The position numbers were made by a program, and so were the translations under genes. A stretch of DNA of 64,000 nucleotides from Magallana gigas (lineage: Eukaryota), in NCBI RefSeq assembly GCF_963853765.1, contig NC_088862.1:19344001-19408000 (forward strand). Direction: 5' to 3'. Below the pieces are notes generated by a model. It was given only the letters and a program-made list of their open reading frames with translations. It had not been told where the DNA came from and ran no database searches. Positions 52,801 to 64,000 of this stretch are shown here, piece after piece (the stretch's first letter is position 1; each line of letters starts with the position of its first letter).

Positions 52801-54037
52801 AACCAGACCTTTTTCGCCCACTTGCATCGGTGGTTGACCGATAAAAAGGTGACAAACTGAGATAAATGCAAACTGTCATTCCGCTCGGATCTATTTACAT
52901 TGAATTGATCTGAACACTGTATCAAATTATTAATTCCCCCACCAAATGACTATATACAGGAGCGCGCTGATTGACACTCTCAGTAATGCCGCCTTGTTAT
53001 GTGACAAACTATGCTGTAATTTGCCAGTGAATTTAGCTGGAAATAATTGTAAGCATCTTTGAATTAAAATCTTATCTCCTCGTGGCTGAGATTGTAGAAG
53101 TTCTAGGCGCCACAGGAAATCAAGCATCGATGCAGGAATATTTACTCTAACTACAGAGAACAAAATCAATGTGATTATTTATCGTTAAACAGGCCAAATT
53201 AATGTCATTAAATGCGTTTTGTGATGATACAAGTCACATCCTATACTCAGTGATTCCTTTATTCCATGACTGCCTTGGTGTATTTCTCGACAACAGGCGT
53301 TTTTATTGTGGTTTTACATTGGAGATTTTATTCACGGATTTTCGGGCTCCCTTGAGATTTATTTTGGTAAAGTATGGAAAGAACAAAATCTTAAAATATG
53401 CAAATTGAATGATTGATCCACTTGTGTGTATAACTTTGAATGACTAAGCTGTCAAGATGCTGCAAAAATAGTCTCAAATTGTTTAGGAATAGACATTCGT
53501 AAAATGTGCAGGAATTTGAAGAAAATTCTGAAAAAATAAGGTAATTGCACCTCGGGACATACATGTATAGCGCAATGCATCAATCATTACATTATGCCGG
53601 AGAGAACACCGCACGGAAAGCAACATTGATTAACGAATGCGTGCTGTATTGAGCTTCACTTGGAAAGAAAAATAAATCAAAAAAAAAAAAGAAATTGAGG
53701 AACGAGGTGTCATTATATTTCATTGGTTACTTAAAGCTGCAGTCTTAAAAGAGACACGGACAGAGATTGAATTGACATGTGTCTTAACTGTGGTTGCATA
53801 GAAAAGAATATATAAGACTTGTGTGTTACTTAAGGTATGGGTGCATTGGATCTTTGTTATCAACTTCAGTTGTTTTTCGAATTCTTGTTCTACAGTCAAG
53901 TCAAAACCGCGTGACGACACCTACGTTAAATAAGTACATCTTGCTTGTGAAGTAGCCAATTTCGAGACCCGAAGCCGTGGTTTACTTTAATACCTAGTAC
54001 TAAAACAGTGAAAGAAAACGAGACACAATAGTTCGTC

Positions 54038-54319
54038 ATGAATAACTCAACTCAGGTCATGGGCGACCAAATACAGCCTTTACCAATACTATTTACTTGG
54101 TCACTGTTGACCTTTGTGGGGTTGGTTGGAAACAGCGTTGTGATCTACATCACGTGCTTACACGCCGGCAAGTCCGCCACTAACACCTACATCCTAAACC
54201 TGGCCGTGTCAGACATTGCCTACCTGATCGTTGTCGTTCCTTTCACCTGCCTGGCATTCATTTTCAATCACTGGGTATTTGCTGAATTTGGGTGTAAATT
54301 GTTCATCTTTACACAGTAT
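54038..54319 (+). CDS. KISS1R-like: Class A neuropeptide GPCR (KISS1R/GPR54-like), first coding exon 'B': N-terminus, TM1, TM2, ECL1, start of TM3
   Basis: 94 codons; N-glycosylation sites NNS/NST; VGLVGNSVVIY, TNTYILNLAVSDIAY, VVPFT, W.F...GCK motifs; ends FTQY|GTAAGT, phase 0. Confidence 0.93.
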
Positions 54320-55860
54320 GTAAGTATAAACAAAATCAACGAAACGAGATAAAACGTTAACCTAAAATGTGCAATGTAAACCTCGTAAAAAGAAATATCA
54401 GATCTCATAACATTTTTTTTTTTTGTGTAGACAGATGTCCGTCCTTTGATTTTTCTGGAAAGCCAAAAAGGCCACTTATAATGTTTCAACGATGAATGTC
54501 CGATATTTGTAGTAATTTTTAAAGGATTCAATATATTACAATTATATATTACATGTATATATGCAGTTAACGACTATTCCAACACGTTGTTAACTTCATA
54601 GCATTCGTTATGATAACAATTTTCTTTATAGTTTTAAGCGGACTACAAATAAGAAAGCTTAGCATTTTAAACTTATTTAACGTTATTGAAGATTGTGAGT
54701 ACTTAATTTATGTCGTTTTCTAAAATCTAACAAATGGCAAAGGTGCACGTGCTTCGAGACAGTACATCCCCACCCACCCATCCTGATATAAATTGTTGTT
54801 GACACTCTTGTTGAAATGTCTTTTAAATAATGTTTGCAATCCATCCCATTTTACAAAGTCAGAATTATACAAGGAAAAAATCAGTTTTTAACAAGTATTT
54901 AACAGTATTCGCATGTATTGCAAAGAAATGGTAAATGATAATAGCATACAAAATGAAAAAAAACGATTTGAACAGTCTTAAAGCTATGTTCTATCCAATG
55001 AATGTTTTTAATGAAAGGAACATTTGTGGGTTTTTTCCATTAAGTCACACTATAATCATAAACTTAATCATAAACTTTCTGCTAATCATACAATTTAATT
55101 TAAATGCACTTCAAATTATTGAATATAATTTTCATTATTTTATACATTCCGGACTTGACTGTAAACGCCACAGTTTATAATCTACATTACCACGTGATGT
55201 CGAAAGATTTGTCAGTGTGTAAACCAGATGTTGACGCAATTTAAGCTTGTTTATAGTGTGCTAACGCTCTTGGAGACAGAAGAAATGATCAGACATGAGA
55301 CGATGGTCTAAATTTTCAATAATATTTCCTGCATTTTTCTATCGTAAGGAAAGTTATGAATGAGTAAATAATTTGTCAACGTCACAAAAGTATTTTCATG
55401 CTATTTAATAATGTGAGAAAAAATGCCTCATTCTCCTTGCTGGTTCTCTCGATTACTTTGGGGGGCAGAGGATGGTTTGCCTGTCGAGATATTTTTAATT
55501 AGTCAATTTTAAAATTGCTGAAACTGGTATAAATCCCAGGGACATATTGTTCTGACTCTTGGTAATTTTCAATCATTTTTCTAGCGTAAGAAATCTTCTT
55601 AGAAACTATGTTGTGTGTTCCGGTAAAAAAAATATCTTCTTGCAGTAGATTACGTTGACTCTTTTAAAGATCATTTCTATGTAAGAATCAATGATTTATA
55701 ATAGGGTCTGGCCACGCATAGTAACCAATTTTCTTTATATTTCATACATTGATACATGTAGATGTAAAACACAACAGCTTAAATATTCATTTAGATACAT
55801 AAATAACAGTAAGAACCAGATAATTTATGCTAAATGTTTCTGGTCAGCAATAATCAGCAC

Positions 55861-56016
55861 ATTTAAGAAATAAACAACGTTATTTAGGGAACATGGCGTA
55901 ATGCTCTGTTGGCATATTCCATGATGCGCTCTAGCGCATCATGGAAAATATGCCAGCAGAGCAGTTGCTATTCATAACGCCATGCACACTAAATAATCGT
56001 TGTTTATTACTTATAT
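55861..56016. mobile_element. Palindromic mini-element
   Basis: Termini atttaagaaataaacaacg / cgttgtttattacttatat; inner stems gctctgttggcatatt / aatatgccagcagagc and ttccatgatgcgc-tcta-gcgcatcatggaa. Confidence 0.75.
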
Positions 56017-57630
56017 TTGCATTTTACCACTCGCAAATACCTTGTATTAGTCTAGACCTTGACATTTAACTATTGCATCAAAAATAAACATTCAGACTGT
56101 AATGTATCTTTTTAATTCACATAGATTTGTTAACAGAATCAATGATATGTTATAACAGTAATTCCTTTAAAATGTTATCATAAGACATGCTTTAATATTT
56201 TAATAAATTTCTGTTTTTAGCATGATTTACATGTAATTCAAAATGAAATAGAATGACTTAGTCATCATTCACAGTAATTCCAATGTTCACCAATTTGTTA
56301 TATTAGATTTGTTGACTTACATGGCTAGGCTGCTTTAAACCAGGTACTATATAGTAATTCCAGTTTCATCGCATGCGTCAAGATTAAATATAATGGGGGA
56401 CTGGTGTTAGACAAAGATGGAATCTCTCTCGCCGAACACCGCAGCAGCTTAAACAATATCAGATTCATCCCAAGCCTTTCTGAGTAACATATTCATTATA
56501 CCAAACTGTTCAAATCAGATTTGGTTTTTTTTTACTTTTAGAATTCGTGCATTTAACTAAAACAGATAAATGCAGAGGTTGTGTGCAATTAATACAGTAA
56601 TACAATAGATTATAACAACAGATTGCCTACGTTTGGCGACTGCTTCTACAGGTATTTCATCTGATACCCCATATCACTAAGATTGACTTTATTTAATGAA
56701 CCGATCAATATTATCTTTGGAACATATAAATATAACATATAAATGAACGTTTTTACAATTAGAGATTTCCATGAATATATTGTTAAAGACAACAAACAAT
56801 AAAGAATATGCATTTATTTCAGTTAATCATATAAATTTGAACCTGTCAGAAAAATTGAATCGTTGTTTAAGTATTTAAAAATTTCGTAAACGTAATCTCA
56901 GTGGGTACGATTCTAAATGTGTACTTTACCATGGAAGCACCGTTTGCAAACAGTTAAAGCTTGAATGATTTTTAAACAATAATCGCTAAGATATAAAAGG
57001 GACCAGGGGGAGTTTTTTTATAACTGGTTCATCAAGCAATGCTCGGTATCACTGTTGTTGTAAAACCAATCTGATACAAATCTCTATCTTTGTAATTTAG
57101 TCGTACAAATTACTTCTAGCCATTATTCACGTGCGTTAAGGCGGGAGATCTAGTTAAAAGGACCACAGACAATGCTTTGTATCATTAAATATCCCATCGA
57201 CTGCCAGAGCCATTGGAGACTCAATTAATTACTGAAGTAAGGGCTAGATCCACATCGTCATATAAATAAAATATCAATTGTATCAAAACAATGGGTAAAA
57301 ACAACAACCGGAAATGACCTATGATTCACAGAAATGTCTCGATTAACAGTTGATTAGTATATGTTTTGATATATCAGCGCTTATTCCCTGTGTAACTTGC
57401 ATGTTACAAAAATAATCAGTTGTCTCTTCAAGTTTTTATGTTGTAAACCTTTCTTAATCCCTTGTGCAAATGTTTGTAACAATTTCGACTAAATCTCGTT
57501 CGAGTTCACGCTACATAAAGTACATGCTTGTGCAAATTTTCGTAACTATTATCAGTTAATTTTGGTTGTAGTAAAACTACCTAATATTGCAACAAAATGT
57601 TCGTTTACGTAGTAGTTACCCAAATTAATA

Positions 57631-57739
57631 TGTTGGTTATGTGCAGATGTCAGATGGGCGTGGTCATAATGACACAAAGAAGCGTTGCTCCCGAGTGTCG
57701 TTATGACCACGCCCATCGGGTATCTGCACATAATCAACA
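57631..57739 (+). other. Long hairpin (~45-bp stem, 19-nt loop): palindromic mini-element or pri-miRNA-like structure
   Basis: tgttggttatgtgcagatgtcagatgggcgtggtcataatgacac / gtgtcgttatgaccacgcccatcgggtatctgcacataatcaaca. Confidence 0.7.
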
Positions 57740-60084
57740 ATATTACATGTATATGTGGTAAGTTACTTGTACCATAGTTTACGATTATTCATTATATCTT
57801 ATTATTCAATGATATTACAGGTTTACTTTATCGACTTTGAGTTTTAGCAAATGTCATTTTTCTAAATCTACATTAAGACACACAATGAATTTTAAAGGAA
57901 AACATAAATGGTTATGTCCTTTTTATTTCAATGTAAAATTTTAAAGCTAGTCTTGTGTAATGTTTGTGCTTTGTTTCTAAATATTAAAATCAAATGAATT
58001 ACTTTTTAAACATAATAGTCTTCAAATTCATTTGAGTAAACGATAGAAATGAATTTTATTAGAAGAAATATTTATGGACAAATTACAGATGGATTTGGAA
58101 AATACCAAGGCATGATGAATATGCATTGCCAATTTATAGTGGTATTGTTTGCAGTGTGGCAACACCAATACTTATTACTTGTAAAGATTTTTTGAAAGGG
58201 AAAATCCCAGGTGGTTTGATTTACATAAATCAGTTAGGACCTGTGAACAGTTTGGAGGATTTTGTTTTCTCTCTATTTAAAAGTGTTAGGAGTAGACCTT
58301 TGGGATCTTATTTTATTCCTAGGCAGAGTATTGAATGTGCATATTCATGATTCATACAGATTGTAAGTCAATTTATCCATAAAAACGTGTGGCATGCATG
58401 CAATCGGGTTATAAGAAAGTGTGCCTCAACTGTGAACTGAAAATGCAAATGTGCTTGATGAACCTTTGGACGACAATTAATATATAACAATAAGAAAACC
58501 AATGATTAAGATTAAAATTAAGAAAGAAATTGTTAGAGAATATGTCTGGGAAACATATTGATTTTTTTTATTCCATAGTTTTTGTTTACTATAGTTGAAT
58601 ATATAATTAGATTTTAGAGTTCCTGGTTATTTTATTACATGTAGTTCAAGGATAGTTAGACGAATGTACTACATGTATGAAAGCGCTTGGTAATGGTCTT
58701 AAACTTTGATATTTCCATTTTACTTTTTTTAAATAGTTTTTGGTAGTATCAAGTTTACATTTATTGGTATACTCTATCGGCCGTATGTATATGAATAAGT
58801 TAGGCATTATTTTTTTATAATATAACTTTCTCTTTTGAGACTCTCATTTATTCATTTTGTTAAATTGCTATAATACTAATCACAGTTACATTAAACACTA
58901 AGCAAAATATCTTTTGTTAAGTGTATTGATCGATATTAAAATACAAGAACTAATAGAACAAGAAATATGTTTACAAAAAAAAGATCGATTTTCGCCACTG
59001 CTTTCGCCTTCATTTGTCAAAATGTTGAGAATTTTCAACATGGCATCTTCTTCAACCCCGACCAAGATGGAGAGAATAGTGTTTGTGCCAGTGGTTTATG
59101 GCGATGAAAAGACATCTACAAGGTGAACACACTGTTAATTGATTATAGAATCGTCAGCCAAGTAACAGCTGTTTGTACGACGACAGTTTCCTTTAATTAT
59201 TGAATAGCTCTGCAGCGGAATATTGTAAGCCTATGTTAGAGATTAGTCAATTTGCTTGTGAATTCCATCTCTGCGTACCGTCGTTAGGGCCTGCGTATGA
59301 GATTTGATTGCCTCCCGTTGTGTTTAAATTTCGATCTATAACAATTTGTTTCTGCAGTATTATATAATGTTTAACAGAGATCAATATTAACTTTGTTCTA
59401 TAAATCGTTCATTTCCTGTTATACAGATTAGGCATACTATTTGAAGGTTAAGTTAACGAAACTCAAATGATTAGATGCGATCTCGTTGTTAACAACGACT
59501 AGGTATACTTTACGGTTTCAAACGGATAAGATACAATCCTGAAAAAATATTTACACTTTATAAAGCCAAATTTCCAAACAAAATTTTATTATAAATGATT
59601 CAACTGCAATTGTCAGCCATTGTTTTTCAAAATAGTTCTCCCTTTCTAAATATGCAAGATCAAAGTATTGTAGGAGAACACCTTCCTTTAAACGCGTTAT
59701 TAAGTAACACCCAAATTTCTGTAATTATGAATCAAATTATCAGGAAAAATCAATTTTAAGACCTCCATGTTTCTGCAATGCATCGTCTGATTTTAAAACC
59801 GATTTCACATGTTAAAGTAAACATCAATGTTAAAGTTTTAACGATACGATAAACAACACATAGAAAAGGCTGCTTTTTAACATCATACCTAATTAGATCT
59901 AAGATGACCAACTGACCAATCTTATTATCCTATGCCTCAACTTATTAAAAGATAACAAAATTGTAAAACGAGCAATAAATTTTCATAACAATTTAAAGGT
60001 TATTGTGACCTTTATATAAGGTTATGAAAATACGAGGATGTCTATTTACTGTAGCAATCATTGGATTGGATTTCTTGAAAATAA

Positions 60085-60611
60085 ATTTTAAGTCACCTCT
60101 TTTTGAAAACTACAAGACCACTCATTACCATTTTTGATTTGAAGCATCTCTAGGATAAGAGGAATATAAATTGTAAAATTTATGACTATACCACCAAAGG
60201 GGTCTCTTTGGCGGGGTCAAATAAGCTAAATTGGGTCCAAGTTTCAAGAATCTCCTTTTATATTCCCACACATGTGGGCATAAAACTAAACCCATGGTAA
60301 TGATGTCATTGAAGCCCTCAACAAAATTGTGACATTCATTACACCTTGATAAGGGGTTCAGAACGATATGGTTCCTGGGTTCAGGGGTTTATTGTCCTTG
60401 TGTATGGCCAATATGACCACCTATTAAAAATTTATTGAATTTTATAATATTTTCTTCGGTACTTCTATACTTTCACAGTCGTGGGAGATAAACTAAATGT
60501 ATTAACATTATGTACTTAAATTGAGCTCACAATGAAAAATGAGACCCTCTGACAAGTCAATCTTAGGGCTATGGTACTCAGGTGACCGTTAAGGCCTGCT
60601 GGTCTCTTGTT
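60085..60611 (+). mobile_element. HINE-like element with satellite-type monomers
   Basis: 3' end caggtgaccgttaaggcctgctggtctcttgtt; internal aaaattgtga.attcat..cc..ggggttcag monomer motifs. Confidence 0.65.
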
Positions 60612-61715
60612 CAAAATTTTTATATATTTCTATGTTAAACTTTGAGCCTCTTTTGGATTCCAGTGTCAGTCCGGGGTCACGGTTTTTACGATTTACAATC
60701 TACACTATTTTAAGATGCTTAAATATTTATCTCACAGGTTGTAATGTAGCATTATTATAGTGCTTGAAAAGAATATTTTTGAATATTTCCCTACATATTT
60801 TTCTGTTAAATTTTGAACCCTTTTTGGATACTAAATATTAGTCCGGGGTCTTGATTTTAACAGTTTAGAAAGAACACTATCTTAGGATGCTTGCAAAGTA
60901 ATAACACAAATTGTAGCATTATAGATCTTGAGAAGAAGATGTTTAAACATATTTCTTATATATTTCTATATTTAACTTTGAACCCCTCTTTAGACCCTAG
61001 TAATGGTCCACTAGTCACGGTTTAACAAGATAAAATCTTCACTATATATACAAGCTTTTACGTAAATATTGGTATTTCTGATGCAACGTTTATTGAGAAG
61101 AAGATTTTGAAACATTTTACCTATATATTTAATGTCTGATTTTTAACCCCTCTTTAGTCCCAATTATTGGTCCTAGGGTCACTGTTATAACAATTTAAAA
61201 TCTGTACTACTTGAGGGTGTTTGCATAGTAATATCACACATTGAAGCTTTGTAGCTCTTGAAAGAAATTGTTAAACGTATTCCCTATATCCCTAGAATTA
61301 GATCGGGGAGGGGGTATCAGTTTTAAAATTTTAGAATCTTCCCTACAACAACAAGATCTAATGTAAATAATGGCATGTTTAGCGGAATAGTTATTGAGAT
61401 GAAATTTTTTAAAACATTTTAGCTATATATTTCAGTGTTAAACTTTGATCCTTTCTTTTGGCCCTAACATTGGTCTAGGGGTCAAGGTCTTCAGCAATTT
61501 GAAATATATACTATTTGAGGGTGTTCGCGTAATAATATCACACATTGTAGTTCTTACGAAAAATATTCTAAACATTTTCCCTATATATTTCTATGTTAAA
61601 CTTTTGTAAATATTATTCTTGGTGAAGTGGGTCTTGGGAAGATTTTTATACATTTTCTCTTTACATTTCTCTATTAAACTTTGAACCCCTCTTGGAGCCC
61701 TAAATATTGGTCCGG
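60612..61715. repeat. Degenerate ~165-bp satellite-like tandem array, about 7 units
   Basis: Recurrent ctatatattt...ttaaactttgaacccctctt...tattggtcc..gggtca...tttaacaa.tt..aa.ct.cacta...gagga.gctt units. Confidence 0.75.
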
Positions 61716-62045
61716 CATAAAGGGTACGCAAACACAACAATACATACTAGAACTTTTCAAATGTAACCATTGTTTATGATGTAGAAATGTCAGAAAGTAT
61801 AAACGTAAACGATTTAAGGTGGAATGGGGCACCTGTCGATATTAATATGGATAAAATGATATAATAATCAAAATAAATTTTTCAACAACAATTTAACAAT
61901 ATTTGACTAAAATATGTTTAAAAAATTTTTGGAAAAGTAAAATCTATATAAGTCCCAGCGGAATTCAACATCTTAGACTCAAAAATATGACAGTCAATAA
62001 AAATCTGTGTTAAACAAGATGTAATTATAATCGGGGCGATTATAG

Positions 62046-62840
62046 AGTCTCCCAAACGAACGAGGCCATCATTGGGAGTTGCGTCAAACTTTAAAGACAA
62101 AAAGATTTGATTATTTTTATTTCTGAAGTTTCATGATGTTCCCCAGGACCCAAGGAACAAGAATAAATATATAATATATAAGGGGTGGGGATCTTAACCG
62201 TTTTCAATATATTTGGGCACTTCCTGTTTGAGGGGAGTCAGGACCACCTCCGGGGCCAATGACCTACATACCATTTGATGTCCCTTGACACAAGGAACAA
62301 GAATATATATGGTTAAGGGGTGGGGATTTCAACCGTTTTCAAGTTATTTGTGCACTTCCTGTTTGAGGGGGTCAGGACCACTCCCGGGGCCCATTACCTA
62401 CATACCATGTGATTCCCCTTAACACAAGGAACAAGAATATATATGGTTTAGGGGTGGGGATTTCAACCGTTTTCAAATTATTTGTGCACTTCCTGTTTGA
62501 GGGGGTCAGGACCACCCCCGGGGCCCATTACCTACATACCATGTGATTCCCCTTAACACAAGGAACAAGAATATAGATGGTTTAGGGGTCAGAATTGTAA
62601 CAGTTTCTGAGATATATGGTCATTTCCAATTCCTGGGGGTGGGGATGACCCCAGGGGTCAGATCTAATAAACCCTATATATTGCCTGTAACAGTCAATAT
62701 ATGATGCTGAAAACCCTATATTATTACCTTTGCCCATTTTTAAGTTATAACAATTTACGCTTGAGTTTACAATTTTTCCATAAGGTTCAATGTTAGACCC
62801 ACGACCTTTTGACCCCCCAGAAAACTTCGTTTGGGAGACT
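62046..62840. mobile_element. HINE-like element bounded by a 15-bp inverted repeat and carrying a 134-bp tandem array
   Basis: agtctcccaaacgaa (62046-62060) / ttcgtttgggagact (62826-62840); caaggaacaagaat starts at 62151, 62291, 62425 and 62559 (periods 140, 134, 134). Confidence 0.8.
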
Positions 62841-63756
62841 TAATTATCGAAACCGGTTTATTATAATTGAAAATGCTAATAAATCATTTTCTAACAAATG
62901 AATAGAAAATTCACTATCTTTCAAAGTGTTTCAGGACGAATCCATTGAGCCATGCGACTTCATTTTCTTTTAAAAATGATTGGAAAATCATATTTTGTCA
63001 TCTCTCCATCTTTTTCAAGCCGCATATTCTATTTACTAAATATGCAATCAACACATTTCAAATTCATGGGAAGAAGATCAAAGAGACGTCAAAATCGTTG
63101 AAAAACAGCTTTATATAAGTAGGATTTTGGATCGATTGTGTTGTGTTGAGACCCATATTATGGTAAAACCAAATGGATTTAGAAAATTGTTTTTACTAAT
63201 TCACATGTCCAAACCAGATAACGATTGTAATTCAAAAATTGCACAAATAATAGATGAAATTTTCACTATTCACGTGCACCCATATTCCCGTCGAATTACT
63301 AGTAACATCTTTTGGGCCCATTTTCATAAAGAAAATCCAAGCTTTTAATGTGTTATGAAGAAAGATTTTATTTCACAAAGCTATTAAAAGGATATTTAAG
63401 ATATATCCCTACCATAACATAAATATTAGAGAAATATATTCTTTGGGAGAATATGTAGAAAGCATGTTTTGAAAAAGAAATGTAGAAGCCTAACAAACAA
63501 ATTTTAGTTGTTGGCATAACCCTATTCCTTATATGAATAATAGTTTTAAAAGTTTAATTTAGCATTGAAATATTTTAATTTGAAGGAAAGCTTTTTCAAG
63601 TAAGTGATGGATTTGATTTGCAAAATTTAAGTACACGTATGTTTATTATGACGTTTGAAAATCAGAATACGCCTTTCACAATTATTTCTATCGCAACCCC
63701 TGTGGGTCATACATGTTTTCAATGTGGCTCTTAGATATGTTTCTCTTCCTTACTAG

Positions 63757-63892
63757 GTTACGGTCCATGCCACCTGCCTGACATTGATGGCTATGACGAT
63801 AGACAGGTACCAGGCAATCGTGTATCCCATCCAGTCCATGAACTGGAGGAACACCAGGGCATCGACTTTTGTTTGTCTTGGCGTCTGGAGTG
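63757..63892 (+). CDS. KISS1R-like: KISS1R-like GPCR second coding exon (TM3-DRY-ICL2-TM4); the gene continues beyond the window
   Basis: Acceptor tttctcttccttactag|; 136 nt; VTVHATCLTLMAMTIDRYQAIVYPIQSMNWRNTRASTFVCLGVWS-G|GTAAGG; phase 0 in, phase 1 out; closely resembles KISS1R VSVQATCATLTAMSVDR. Confidence 0.93.
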
Positions 63893-64000
63893 GTAAGGGT
63901 TTAGTATGACTTTTAATGCTGGGTTAATTTTATCAATTTCATAGAAGGGTCTGCTTCTTTAAGTCAAGGATAAAAACTTTTTTATGCTTTTAAATTTAAA

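Noticed and set aside
12258-62600. Regularly spaced repeats as a CRISPR-like array
   Set aside because: They are contiguous tandem units without unique spacers, in a spliced eukaryotic context with no cas genes.

Overview
AT-rich, repeat-dense eukaryotic DNA, most likely from a bivalve (oyster-like; inferred from the Helentron/HINE-type repeats that carry ~165-bp satellite monomers), with two assembly gaps (3236-3427, 41028-41239). The only convincing host gene is a + strand class A neuropeptide GPCR of the kisspeptin-receptor (KISS1R/GPR54)-like group. The window has TWO intact but diverged first coding exons (33394-33723 and 54038-54319; TM1 to the start of TM3, about 44% identical over TM1-TM3). 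Both end at the same codon with a phase-0 GTAAGT donor. Only ONE compatible second exon is visible (63757-63892, DRY motif), and I found no GPCR exons between the two first exons. This suggests alternative 'variable' first exons spliced to shared 3' exons; tandem paralogs or exons hidden by a gap are the alternatives. The rest is mostly transposon-derived: an intron-containing Crypton-type tyrosine recombinase remnant, palindromic mini-elements with shared termini, MITEs with 5-bp TSDs, many HINE-like elements, TTAA- and TA-flanked DNA elements, LINE and Gypsy fragments, and micro-, mini- and satellite arrays. All family assignments come from motif recognition by eye; no database searches were run.
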